The notes under the pieces: model-generated
Seen by the model: the letters and a program-made list of their open reading frames with translations, nothing else
The model's database searches: none
What the model was told of the DNA's origin: nothing
Position numbers and translations under genes: made by a program
Shown: piece by piece, positions 26,863-36,511 of the stretch
How positions within the stretch are numbered: the stretch's first letter is position 1
How the letters are laid out: each line of letters opens with the position of its first letter
DNA from: an uncultured Methanosarcinales archaeon
GTDB taxonomy: Archaea; Nanobdellota; Nanobdellia; Woesearchaeales; GW2011-AR9
NCBI GenBank assembly: GCA_964552945.1
Contig: CAZKIP010000001.1
Span: forward strand, 142,109-206,108
Length of the DNA: 64,000 bases
Direction: 5' to 3'

Positions 26863-29286
26863 ATGGAATTACCTAAAAGATATAATCCTCAGGAATCAGA
26901 AGCTAAATGGCAGAAGTTTTGGCAAGACAATAAAACATTTACTTATGAGGAGAATAGTGACAAAGAAACTTATTCTATTGATACTCCTCCCCCTTATGCT
27001 TCCGCTGGCCATTTACATGTAGGACATGGAATGCATTATTCTCAGTTTGAATTTGTGGCAAGATTTCAAAGAATGAAAGGAAAAAATGTTTTCTTTCCCA
27101 TGGGTTACGATGACAATGGTTTACCAACCGAAAGGTTTGTTGAAAAGAAACATAAAGTCAACAAATCTAAAATTAGCAGAAAAGATTTCATAAAATTATG
27201 TTTAGAAGAAACTGAAAAAACAGGCAAGACTTATCGCGATTTATTCACCAAGTTGGGATATTCTATCGATTGGAGCTTATTATACCATACAATAGGAGAT
27301 AAAGCAAGAAGAGTCGCTCAAAAATCCTTCTTAACTCTTCATAATAAAGGAAGAATAGAAAGGGTGGATCAACCAACTACTTGGTGTACAGTATGTCAAA
27401 CAACTATTGCTCAAGCAGATTTGGAAAATGTTGATATGAATTCTCATTTTAACGACATTATTTTTAAGTCTAAAGGCAAGGAGTTGGTTATAGCAACAAC
27501 CCGACCAGAGTTATTACCTGCTTGTGTAGCTTTATTCTACAATCCTCAAGATAAAAGATATAGTGACCTTCAAGGAAAATTTGCCATGGTCCCTTTATTC
27601 AATTACGAGGTCCCAATTCTTAGTGATGAAAGTGTAGATTTAGAAAAAGGAACAGGATTAATGATGGTTTGTACCTTTGGTGATAAAGAAGATATTGAAA
27701 AATGGCATAAACATCATCTGCCACTAAGAGTTGCAATTACCGAATATGGTAAAATGAATGAGCTTGCTAAGCAATATTCTGGAATGAAATTGAAAGAAGC
27801 TAGACAAGCAATCATTGACGATCTTAAAGCCAACAATTTAATAATTAAACAGCAAGAAATATCTCACGCTGTAAATGTCCACGAAAGATGTGGTTCTGAA
27901 ATTGAATTTCTAAAAAAGCCGCAATGGCAAATTAAAGTGTTAGATAAGAAAGAAGAATTAATTGAAATTGCTCAGAAAGTTAATTGGCATCCTCGACACA
28001 TGAAAGTTCGCTATGAACATTGGGTAAAAAACTTACAATGGAATTGGGGGATTAGCAGACAAAGATATTATGGAGTTCCTTTCCCCGTTTGGTATTGTAA
28101 AGATTGTGGCACTACCATCCTTCCTAAAGAAGAAGACTTACCAGTAGACCCTAGAGAAGAAGAGTATAAAGGACAATGTGCTTGTGGTTCTTCTAATATT
28201 GAACCAGAAATGGATGTAATGGATACATGGATGACTTCCTCCTGTACTCCAGAGATAAATGCCAATTGGGGAGCAGAAGAAGAGAAAAAGAATTTTATGC
28301 CAATGTCATTAAGACCACAAGCCCATGATATTATCAGAACTTGGGCATTCTATACAATTGTTAAATCTTATTATCATCATGAAAGAATTCCTTGGAAAAA
28401 CATTATGATTTCGGGTCACGGACAAGACCCACATGGTCAAAAAATGAGTAAAAGTAAGGGTAATTTTGTTATTGCTGAAGAAGTTATTAAAAAATATAGT
28501 GCAGATGCTTTCAGATTCTGGGCAGCTTCAGTTAAATTGGGAGACGATTTACCTTACCAAGAAAAAGATGTCTTAACTGGACAAAAATTTGTAAATAAGT
28601 TATGGAATGCTTCCAAATTTGGAATTATGCATTTAGAAGATTATGAGAAGAGTGAAGTTACGGAAGTATTTGATAAATGGCTTTTAAGCAAGTTACAAAG
28701 AGTAATTAAAGAAAGTACGGAAAGTTTTGAAAATTATGAATATTCAAAAACCAAATCCGAGGTAGAAAAGTTTTTCTGGCATATTTTTTGTGATCAATAT
28801 TTAGAAATAACTAAAGACAGGCTTTATAATCCTGAAATTAGGGGAGAAGGAAAAAGAAAAAGCGCACAACAATCCTTGTATACTACCCTTCTAGCAATGC
28901 TTAAGATGATTTCACCGATTATGCCCCACATTACTGAAGAAATATACAATCTTTTCTTTGCAAAGATTGAAAATAAAAATAGTATTCATATTAGTAGTTG
29001 GCCCAATTATGAAGAAAATCTTGTTAATCATGATTCTGAAGTAGCTGGAGATTTGGGAGTTGATATAATTAATACGGTTAGAAAATATAAATCTGAAAAA
29101 CAAATGTCTTTGAAGGAAGAGCTTAAAAAAATCATTTTAGTAAGTGAAGAAGAAAACTTTTCTGAAATAATTAAGAGTATTGAAGAAGATCTAAAAGCTG
29201 TATTAAAAGTAAAAGAAATTGTTTTTGAAGGTGAAACTTCTTTTGAAAGTGATAAATTCAATGTCAAGATTGGAATTGAAAAATAA
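26863..29286 (+). CDS. valS: Valyl-tRNA synthetase
   Basis: DTPPPYASAGHLHVGHG (HIGH), editing-domain TTRPELLPACVALFYNPQDKRY and GTGLMMVCTFGD, and KMSKSKGN. Confidence 0.8.
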   Translation: MELPKRYNPQESEAKWQKFWQDNKTFTYEENSDKETYSIDTPPPYASAGHLHVGHGMHYSQFEFVARFQRMKGKNVFFPMGYDDNGLPTERFVEKKHKVNKSKISRKDFIKLCLEETEKTGKTYRDLFTKLGYSIDWSLLYHTIGDKARRVAQKSFLTLHNKGRIERVDQPTTWCTVCQTTIAQADLENVDMNSHFNDIIFKSKGKELVIATTRPELLPACVALFYNPQDKRYSDLQGKFAMVPLFNYEVPILSDESVDLEKGTGLMMVCTFGDKEDIEKWHKHHLPLRVAITEYGKMNELAKQYSGMKLKEARQAIIDDLKANNLIIKQQEISHAVNVHERCGSEIEFLKKPQWQIKVLDKKEELIEIAQKVNWHPRHMKVRYEHWVKNLQWNWGISRQRYYGVPFPVWYCKDCGTTILPKEEDLPVDPREEEYKGQCACGSSNIEPEMDVMDTWMTSSCTPEINANWGAEEEKKNFMPMSLRPQAHDIIRTWAFYTIVKSYYHHERIPWKNIMISGHGQDPHGQKMSKSKGNFVIAEEVIKKYSADAFRFWAASVKLGDDLPYQEKDVLTGQKFVNKLWNASKFGIMHLEDYEKSEVTEVFDKWLLSKLQRVIKESTESFENYEYSKTKSEVEKFFWHIFCDQYLEITKDRLYNPEIRGEGKRKSAQQSLYTTLLAMLKMISPIMPHITEEIYNLFFAKIENKNSIHISSWPNYEENLVNHDSEVAGDLGVDIINTVRKYKSEKQMSLKEELKKIILVSEEENFSEIIKSIEEDLKAVLKVKEIVFEGETSFESDKFNVKIGIEK

Positions 29287-29401
29287 GCTAAAACCCTTCA
29301 AAATAGGCTTAGTTTTCCGAAAGCTTTTTAAGAACAATACTCATATAAAGTTAAAGGGGCGTGAAATCACGTTCTAATGATATTGTCGAGGTGTTAATAA
29401 A

Positions 29402-29563
29402 ATGGAAGCATATTGTGTAAAGTGTAAAGCAAAAAGAGAGATGTCTAATGGAAAAGAAGTCCCTATGAAAGGAAAGGGTGGCGTAGAAAGAAGAGCTATG
29501 AAAGGAACCTGTCCAACTTGTTCCACAACTATGTTCAGAATTCTCGGAAAGAAAAAAGAGTAA
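29402..29563 (+). CDS. Small zinc-ribbon protein (DUF5679-like)
   Basis: Below the track cutoff. Hand translation: MEAYCVKCKAKREMSNGKEVPMKGKGGVERRAMKGTCPTCSTTMFRILGKKKE. Confidence 0.6.
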   Translation: MEAYCVKCKAKREMSNGKEVPMKGKGGVERRAMKGTCPTCSTTMFRILGKKKE

Positions 29564-29572
29564 ATAATCGCT

Positions 29573-29603
29573 CTTTTACTTTTCTTTTTTTCTTTTTTTT
29601 TCT
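29573..29603 (+). terminator. Long oligo-T tract after the zinc-ribbon gene
   Basis: CTTTTACTTTTCTTTTTTTCTTTTTTTTTCTT. Confidence 0.45.
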
Positions 29604-29642
29604 TAGCGAAAGATTATTAAGTGTTAAAAAAGTTCTTCTAAC

Positions 29643-30329
29643 ATGGCAAATCCATTTTTACCTACAATTTTTGCTCTTCTAGTAGGCTTAACATATTATT
29701 GGAGTAATAGGTTAAATATTCGCCACAAGAAATATTATCTAAAAATAATTTCTTTTTCGGCAGGAGTTTCAATAACGTATTTACTATTGGAATTGTTTCC
29801 CTTATTTACTGAAGCAGCAGCAAATATTAGCAAATTTCTTTATATCACGGTTTTGGTTGGGTTTATTATCCATCATATAATTGAAAAAGAAATCTATTTA
29901 CATAATAGTAGGATAGAAGTTACCAGGTTGTTAACTCTAGCAGACAACATTTTTTCTTTTATTTACCATATTGTTTTAGGAGTAGTTTTAGTAAATCTAT
30001 ATAAAGAAGATTTATTACGGGGATTATTATTTTTTATTCCTATCTTAACATACACTTTAGTTAGTACATTACCTTCAAAAACTCACAAGTCCGCTAGGAA
30101 AGCAGTATTTTTATCAAGTTCAACTTTAGTCGGGGTTCTTATTGCCACTTTTATCTGGACTAAGAGGATTATGTGGTTAGAATCAGCCCTTATTGGTTTA
30201 GTTGTAGGGGTACTACTTTATACAATTATTAGGCACCACATTCCTCTTGGAAAAAAAGGTAAAATTGGTTATTTCACTCTAGGATTTTTTCTTTATTCCT
30301 TACTAATCATTTCAAGTTGGTTCTTATGA
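29643..30329 (+). CDS. Polytopic membrane protein, possibly a divergent ZIP-like metal transporter
   Basis: About 7 TM helices. His-containing TM motifs FIIHHIIEKE, FIYHIVLG and IIRHHIP faintly recall ZupT HN..EG motifs. Confidence 0.35.
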   Translation: MANPFLPTIFALLVGLTYYWSNRLNIRHKKYYLKIISFSAGVSITYLLLELFPLFTEAAANISKFLYITVLVGFIIHHIIEKEIYLHNSRIEVTRLLTLADNIFSFIYHIVLGVVLVNLYKEDLLRGLLFFIPILTYTLVSTLPSKTHKSARKAVFLSSSTLVGVLIATFIWTKRIMWLESALIGLVVGVLLYTIIRHHIPLGKKGKIGYFTLGFFLYSLLIISSWFL

Positions 30330-30994
30330 AAACAAAAATAATTGGTTTTGATTTTGATGGAACAATTATTATGTCTGAAGATAAAAAAGCTCCAGCTATG
30401 GCTGCTGTTTTTAAAGAAAAATTTGGTATTAAAAGAGGCGTTAAAAAGGAGTATGAAAAATTAATTGGTAAGGGATACAACAGAGATATGAAAGTAATAA
30501 AATTATTTGAAATCTTTCTAAAAAGAACCCCAAAAAAAAAAGAATTGAAAATAGTGGCAGACCATTTTGGAGCACATTATATGAAAGATATGAAAAATTG
30601 TCCCCTCTTCCAATGTACAAATATTATCAAAGAGTTGAAAAAACAAGTTAAATACATGTTTCTCCTATCCTTAGAGAATGAAAAAGAAGTTCGTAAAGTA
30701 GCTAATAGATGTGGAGTAGCTAAGTATTTTGATGAAATTCTAGGTGGCCCAAAACCAAAAACAAAACATCTTGAAAACGTTTTAAAAAAACAAAAAGTAA
30801 AACCAGAAGAAGTTTTGTATATAGGAGATGCCCATTCAGATGTTGTTGCTTCCAAAAAAATGAAAATAAAAGTCGTTTTGCTTGGAAAAAAACATCTTTT
30901 TAAGAAATTGAAAGAAGATTTGCAAGCTGACTTTGTTTTTAGTTCTCTCTGTGATTTGCCACATAAATTAGTAATCAATAAGTTGAAAAAGTAA
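30326..30994 (+). CDS. HAD-superfamily hydrolase (phosphatase-like)
   Basis: IGFDFDGTI motif I; YIGDAHSDVVASKK motif IV. The ATG overlaps the upstream TGA. Confidence 0.75.
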   Translation: MKTKIIGFDFDGTIIMSEDKKAPAMAAVFKEKFGIKRGVKKEYEKLIGKGYNRDMKVIKLFEIFLKRTPKKKELKIVADHFGAHYMKDMKNCPLFQCTNIIKELKKQVKYMFLLSLENEKEVRKVANRCGVAKYFDEILGGPKPKTKHLENVLKKQKVKPEEVLYIGDAHSDVVASKKMKIKVVLLGKKHLFKKLKEDLQADFVFSSLCDLPHKLVINKLKK

Positions 30995-30998
30995 AAAA

Positions 30999-31964
30999 TT
31001 AATTGACTTTGTTGGGAATTTTTCTTTTTTTGATTGCTGCAATAATGTTTTTAGCTGCAAGGATGGCCATTTCTTCCCTAACTTCAATTGGAGCAGAAGC
31101 GATATGGGGTGTCAAAATAACATTATTCAGTTTGTTTAATCCTCTACTTAACTTTGGTTCAAATTCATATACATCAAGAGCAGCTCCACTTAGTTTTTTG
31201 CTCTTAAGTGCTTTAACCAATTCCTTTTCATCAATTACCGGCCCTCGAGAAGTGTTTATTAGGTAAGAAGTTTTTTTCATCAAACCTAATTCTTTTTTTC
31301 CAATTAAATGGTGGGTTGATTTCAATAAAGGAACGTGTAACGTAACCACATCCGATTTTTTAAGTAGGGTGTTTAAAGGAGCATATTTTGCTTTAAACCT
31401 TTTTTCAAATTTAGGGTTTCTTCTAATGTCATAATAGAGAACTTTCATACCCATTCCATGAACTGCTCTTTCCGCCACTTCTGAGCCAATTCTTCCCAAC
31501 CCAACAATTCCTAAAGTTTTTCCAGCAAGTTCAATATCTGTAAGTAGAGTAGGGCTCCAACCACGATATCCTCCTCTTCTTGTAAATCTATCTGCTTCAA
31601 CGATTCTTTTAGTTAGAGCAAACATTAAAGCCATGGTATGTTCTGCTACAGATTCGGAAATTAATTTGCTAGGAGTGTTAGAAACAGGGATTCCTTTCTG
31701 TTTAGCGTAACCAATGTTAATATTGTTAAAACCAACTGCGTAATTAGCAATTATTTTCAAATTTGGATTGGCATCAATAACTTTCTGATCCACTTTATCC
31801 GTTAATAGAGAAAGTAAAATGTCTGCTTTTTTAACTTCCTTGATTAGAACTCTTCTAGGGATAATTTTATCTTTAGGATATATTTTTACTTTTGCATGTT
31901 TCTTAATTAGTTTTATTCCAGAAGGATGAATGTTTCTAGTTACAAATACTACTGGTTTGGCCAT
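30999..31964 (-). CDS. D-isomer-specific 2-hydroxyacid dehydrogenase (glyoxylate/hydroxypyruvate/glycerate reductase-like)
   Basis: GIVGLGRIGSEVAERA NAD fold; SRG..ID, and the C-terminal TPHIAS. Confidence 0.8.
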   Translation of the reverse strand: MAKPVVFVTRNIHPSGIKLIKKHAKVKIYPKDKIIPRRVLIKEVKKADILLSLLTDKVDQKVIDANPNLKIIANYAVGFNNINIGYAKQKGIPVSNTPSKLISESVAEHTMALMFALTKRIVEADRFTRRGGYRGWSPTLLTDIELAGKTLGIVGLGRIGSEVAERAVHGMGMKVLYYDIRRNPKFEKRFKAKYAPLNTLLKKSDVVTLHVPLLKSTHHLIGKKELGLMKKTSYLINTSRGPVIDEKELVKALKSKKLSGAALDVYEFEPKLSRGLNKLNNVILTPHIASAPIEVREEMAILAAKNIIAAIKKRKIPNKVN

Positions 31965-32068
31965 AGAAAGAAACTTATTCTGTCATTTTTAAAGATGAGT
32001 TACTATGATAAAGTAGGATTTTTCAAAATAAAGGATAGGTTTAAATAATTGAAATTATTGTAGTTATT

Positions 32069-32740
32069 ATGAAAAATGCTCTAATTATAATTTTGGTGTT
32101 ATTATTAGTTGTTGGATGTTCCCCAGTAGCAGAGCAACCAGAAGAGCCGATAAATGAAATTCCACAAGATAATGTGAAAGAACCTACAATTATTTCCCCT
32201 TCTTCTATTGAAGAAAAGAAGGAAGTTACTAAAGACATAGTTCAAGAAGAGCCTGCTAAAGAAATAGTTAGCCAACAAAAAACTGAGCAAACACAATTTT
32301 ATAATGATACTCTCTGGATGAGAATGGACCTACAAAATGTTATTACCAATGAAATTTTTACCATTGATAGTTTTAAGGGTCAAAGAATTATTGTTGAAAG
32401 TTATTCAGACAATTGTAATACTTGTGGTGAACAAAAATTAAAATTACAAAGTTTTATTGATGAAAATAACGAATCATTCACACATATTTCTCTAAATACT
32501 GATAGAAATGCTGTAAAAGAAAATATGATTAAATCCATGGAACAGTTTCATTATGATTGGACTTTTGTATTATCATCCAAAGAATTAAGGGACGCTGTTG
32601 TAAAAGAATTTGGAAAAAGAGTTGTTAGGTATGATCTCGCTCCTCTCTTACTAGTTTGTGAAGATCAATCAGCATATTTGTTAGAAGGTGGTCTTAAAGG
32701 CCCATTTCAGTTAAAAGAAGCATTAAGTAAGTGTGATTAA
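32069..32740 (+). CDS. Thioredoxin-fold lipoprotein (CNTC active site)
   Basis: Lipobox LLLVVGCSP; FKGQRIIVESYSDNCNTCGEQ in a TlpA/Redoxin-like context. Confidence 0.6.
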   Translation: MKNALIIILVLLLVVGCSPVAEQPEEPINEIPQDNVKEPTIISPSSIEEKKEVTKDIVQEEPAKEIVSQQKTEQTQFYNDTLWMRMDLQNVITNEIFTIDSFKGQRIIVESYSDNCNTCGEQKLKLQSFIDENNESFTHISLNTDRNAVKENMIKSMEQFHYDWTFVLSSKELRDAVVKEFGKRVVRYDLAPLLLVCEDQSAYLLEGGLKGPFQLKEALSKCD

Positions 32741-32796
32741 ATCTTAATTTTTGATTAAGAGAAACTATTATTAAGGATTAAATATTACTTCTAGAG

Positions 32797-34155
32797 ATGG
32801 AAACATTCGATTTATTGATTATTGGTTCGGGTGCAGGTCTTAACGTAGCTTCGGAAGCAGCTCAAGCGGGAATGAAAGTTGCTATTGTGGAGAAAGGTCC
32901 CCTTGGAGGAACTTGTTTGAATAGAGGATGTATCCCTTCTAAAATTGTAATTTATTCTGCTGAAGTTGCAGAGATGATTAATCGTTCTAAAGAATTTGGA
33001 ATTAATTCTTCTATTTCAAAAGTTAATTTCAAAAAAGTTACAGATAGAGCAAATAATGTGGTTGATGCCGATGCTAAAAATATTGAAAAGAGTTTGAAGA
33101 GTAGCAAGAACCCTAAATTGATTAAAGGTACGGCTAAATTTATCTCTCCTTATGTTATTCAAGTTGGTAAGAAGAAAATTAAAGGAAAGAAAATTCTTAT
33201 TGCCGCAGGTGCACGCCCATTCATTCCTCCAATAGAAGGATTGGATAAAGTTCCTTACATGACTTCAACCGAAGCGTTAAGGCAGACAAAACTTCCTGCT
33301 TCGATGATTATAATTGGGGGAGGTTACATTGGTTGTGAGTTAGGAAATTTCTATGGTTCTTTAGGATGCAAGATTACAATTTTACAAAGAGGTCCTTTAT
33401 TATTACCAAGAGAAGATGAAGACGTAACCCATACTTTTACAAATATTTGGAAAAAAAGGTTTAACGTTGTTCTGAATGCTTCAGCAAATAAAGTTGAAAA
33501 GAAGGGCAAGAGGATTGTTGTTAAAGCAAAAGTTGGTAATAAAACAAAAACCTTTACAGCGGAGAAATTAATGGTTGCTACTGGTGTAAGACCTAATTCC
33601 GACATTCTTGATGTTGCAAAAACTGGTGTTAAAGTAAATAAAAGAGGGTTTATTAAAGTAAATAAGTATATGGAAACTTCTCAGAAAAATATTTGGGCAT
33701 TGGGAGATGTTTCGGGAGTTTTTATGTTTAGACATTCGGCAAATTTGGAAGCAGATTTTGCCTCTTATAATATTCTTAAGAAGAAAAAAAAAAAGGTAGA
33801 TTACTTTCCAATGCCACATGCAGTTTTTACTTCACCAGAGATAGGTGGAGTAGGTTTGACAGAACAACAAGTAAAAGAAAAAGGAAAAAGTTATGTTATT
33901 GGTAAATATTTCTATAAAAATACTGGAAAAGGTATGGCGCTTAATGAAAAAGAGGGTTTTGTTAAATTAATTGTTGGTAGAGATAGAAAGATATTAGGTT
34001 GCCACATTATTGGGCCAAATGCTTCTGTATTGTTGCACGAAGTGTTGATTGCCATGAAAGCTAAGAATGGGTTGAGATTGTTAAGAAATGTTGTTCATGT
34101 CCATCCTGCTTTGAATGAAGTTGTTCAGAGAGCAGCGGCTAATGTGCCACTTTAA
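32797..34155 (+). CDS. Class I pyridine-nucleotide disulfide oxidoreductase (dihydrolipoamide dehydrogenase / glutathione-reductase-like)
   Basis: GSGAGL FAD fold, redox-active GGTCLNRGCIPSK, GGGYIGCE NAD fold, and C-terminal HVHPALNE dimer-interface His-Glu motif. Confidence 0.8.
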   Translation: METFDLLIIGSGAGLNVASEAAQAGMKVAIVEKGPLGGTCLNRGCIPSKIVIYSAEVAEMINRSKEFGINSSISKVNFKKVTDRANNVVDADAKNIEKSLKSSKNPKLIKGTAKFISPYVIQVGKKKIKGKKILIAAGARPFIPPIEGLDKVPYMTSTEALRQTKLPASMIIIGGGYIGCELGNFYGSLGCKITILQRGPLLLPREDEDVTHTFTNIWKKRFNVVLNASANKVEKKGKRIVVKAKVGNKTKTFTAEKLMVATGVRPNSDILDVAKTGVKVNKRGFIKVNKYMETSQKNIWALGDVSGVFMFRHSANLEADFASYNILKKKKKKVDYFPMPHAVFTSPEIGGVGLTEQQVKEKGKSYVIGKYFYKNTGKGMALNEKEGFVKLIVGRDRKILGCHIIGPNASVLLHEVLIAMKAKNGLRLLRNVVHVHPALNEVVQRAAANVPL

Positions 34156-34937
34156 ACTTCTTTAGCTAGAAAATAACATTCTCCAAAACCTGATGCACGC
34201 TTTCTTGGGAACATGATTCTACCTTCATCTTTAGCATGGATTGGTTTACTTCCATCATACCCCAAAAGTTGACCTTCTTTTACTAATTCAAAATCAGAAA
34301 AATCTTGTGGAACAAATTCATCGTTATTATGATATTGATCAAAAATTTCTAATCTTCTTTGGAGAGTTGGTTGGATTTCTCCAGGAACTATTCCCGCCCT
34401 GACAAGAAAATTTTGGATAGAGACAACGGCAACATCGGTTGATTGAGGATCAGCAACATAACCCCCTTCTATTGCAATTGACCTTGTGCTATGTCTTTCA
34501 GCATACCCAACAGTACTATCAGGATAAAATTTGGTCATGTTTGTAACTACCAAATCTATAGGAATAGAAGATGCTAGTTCAGAATCTTTTCCAATAATAA
34601 AAGGAGTGGTATTAGGAGTATTGCTCGCATGTACATCTAAACAATAATCAGCCCATCTCAAATGAGGAAGAAGATATTGTGCTATTTTTGCTTCATATGT
34701 TTTGGGGTCAGAATTTTCTCTAATAACCCTGTTAAGATTTTCATCTATGAACCTTTTACCTTGTTTGACAGCTTCTGGATTAGCAATTATCTGTCGTAAT
34801 GTACCGCTTTGAATTGAAATATCTTTCAACCTTTCTATAGCATCAACGCCACATATTTCATTTCCATGGACTCCTCCTAAAACAAGTACATTTGGTCCTG
34901 GTAATTTTCCTTTAGTTTCGTAGATTGTATCTAGCAT
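34152..34937 (-). CDS. Succinylglutamate desuccinylase/aspartoacylase (AstE/AspA, M14-like) family protein, copy 1
   Basis: VLVLGGVHGNEICGV, LDVHAS. Confidence 0.7.
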   Translation of the reverse strand: MLDTIYETKGKLPGPNVLVLGGVHGNEICGVDAIERLKDISIQSGTLRQIIANPEAVKQGKRFIDENLNRVIRENSDPKTYEAKIAQYLLPHLRWADYCLDVHASNTPNTTPFIIGKDSELASSIPIDLVVTNMTKFYPDSTVGYAERHSTRSIAIEGGYVADPQSTDVAVVSIQNFLVRAGIVPGEIQPTLQRRLEIFDQYHNNDEFVPQDFSDFELVKEGQLLGYDGSKPIHAKDEGRIMFPRKRASGFGECYFLAKEV

Positions 34938-34999
34938 TATAATAGGAGAGTATTCTTTTATTTAAGATTAAAGTAACTATTTCCGGAAGATTTCTGGAT

Positions 35000-35800
35000 T
35001 TAAACTTTCTCAAGCAAACAAAACGCTTCACCATAGCCTGCTTTACGATTACGGGCAAAGATAATGAAACAATCTTTATCTGCTTTAACTTCTTTATCAC
35101 CATCGTGTCCAATTATTTCATCTCTAGAAACTGAAGAAAAATCAGAAAAATCTTTCGCTAGAACAAATTCATCTTTATTGTGATATTGAAAAAACAAGTC
35201 AAATTCTTTCCTTTCCATAACTTTAGGTTCTCCTTCAATTAAACCAATCCCTTGAAGATAACCTTTTATGCATTCAACAGCAACTTCCGTTGAAGCAGGA
35301 TCTCCAAGATAACCACATTCAACCCCAATACCAACTTTTCCTTTAGATTCCATGTACCAATCAGAATCTCCTGAATAGAATTTTTCAAATCCAGTAACGA
35401 TTGTTTCAACCGGTAACATTTTAGCATATTCCAATCTATTATCCCTAGATATAACAAAAGGTTGAGTATTTTTAGTATTACTGGCATGTAAGTCGAGAGA
35501 AATGTCTGCCCACCTTAAATGCACCATTATCTCCTTAGCTAATTTTTCTTCATAACTACTAGTAGGCTTTTTATCATCCATAAAGCACCGATTTAGATTC
35601 TCTTCAGTATAACGCACATTCTTCTCAAATGCTTTCAGGTTAGCAATTATCATACGAAGTTCACCTTTTTTTATTTCAAGTGACTCCTTCAGTCTACGAA
35701 TGGCTTCTACACCACAAACTTCATTTCCATGAACTCCTCCTAAAATAACTACTTTTGGTCCAGGTTCTTTTCCTTTAAATTCATAAATTTCTTTTAGCAT
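35000..35800 (-). CDS. AstE/AspA-family deacylase, copy 2 (tandem paralogue)
   Basis: VVILGGVHGNEVCGV, LDLHAS. Roughly 40-50% identical to copy 1 by eye. Confidence 0.7.
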   Translation of the reverse strand: MLKEIYEFKGKEPGPKVVILGGVHGNEVCGVEAIRRLKESLEIKKGELRMIIANLKAFEKNVRYTEENLNRCFMDDKKPTSSYEEKLAKEIMVHLRWADISLDLHASNTKNTQPFVISRDNRLEYAKMLPVETIVTGFEKFYSGDSDWYMESKGKVGIGVECGYLGDPASTEVAVECIKGYLQGIGLIEGEPKVMERKEFDLFFQYHNKDEFVLAKDFSDFSSVSRDEIIGHDGDKEVKADKDCFIIFARNRKAGYGEAFCLLEKV

Positions 35801-36003
35801 CAGCACTAAATCTAGACTATTTTATTTAAGTGTTTTCTTAATATAGGTGATGACAAAAGTTTTGATAAAAACACCATGTCATCTACTGACTAGAAAATGA
35901 CATCCAAAATGGGCTTAATTGATGTTATTTTCTTAATATATCTCAAATAAAGAAATTTTTCCAAAAACAAACAATTAAATATAATAAAAAAGTATTAGGA
36001 ACA

Positions 36004-36510
36004 ATGATATTAACAAAAAAAGAGATCTTAAAATTAATTAATCAAAAAAAACTTAAATTTACTCCCTTCGATAAGAAAGCAGTAGGACCAGCTTCAGTTG
36101 ATTTAACTTTAGATAATAAAATCAGGGTTTTTAAGGATAACATCCCTGGAATTGATATAAGTAAAAAACTTAATTATTCTAAACATACAAAAATTGTAAA
36201 TATAAGTAAAGGATTTTCACTGAAACCTGGCCAACTTGTTCTAGGGATTACAAAAGAAAAAGTTAACATGCCTTCTAATATTTGCGGTTGGCTACAATCA
36301 AGAAGTAGATTTGCCAGAATTGGATTAATGAGCCACATCACCGCTCCTTTCATTACTCCCGGTGTTAACAATAAGCAAGTGTTAGAAATTTACAACGCAG
36401 CTAACCATGACATTATACTTAAAGCAGGAGTAAAAATTTGTCAATTAATTCTGCAAGAATGTAAAGGAAATGCAACTTATAGAGGAAAATTTAAGAATCA
36501 AAAATTATAA
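36004..36510 (+). CDS. dcd: dCTP deaminase (dUTPase-superfamily)
   Basis: MILTKKEILKLI...VGPASVDLTLDN; ...GWLQSRSRFARIGL. Confidence 0.8.
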   Translation: MILTKKEILKLINQKKLKFTPFDKKAVGPASVDLTLDNKIRVFKDNIPGIDISKKLNYSKHTKIVNISKGFSLKPGQLVLGITKEKVNMPSNICGWLQSRSRFARIGLMSHITAPFITPGVNNKQVLEIYNAANHDIILKAGVKICQLILQECKGNATYRGKFKNQKL

Positions 36511-36511
36511 T

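Noticed and set aside
35844-35892. Possible C/D-box sRNA: GTGATGA (35847-35853) ... CTGA (35886-35889) with a 3-bp terminal stem. It is flanked by two copies of TTTTCTTAATATA (about 35833 and 35928).
   Set aside because: It is only about 43 nt from C to D. There are no convincing internal D'/C' boxes, and the guide spacers are not 12 nt. UGAUGA/CUGA pairs arise often by chance in AT-rich DNA. A snoscan/Infernal run is still worthwhile.
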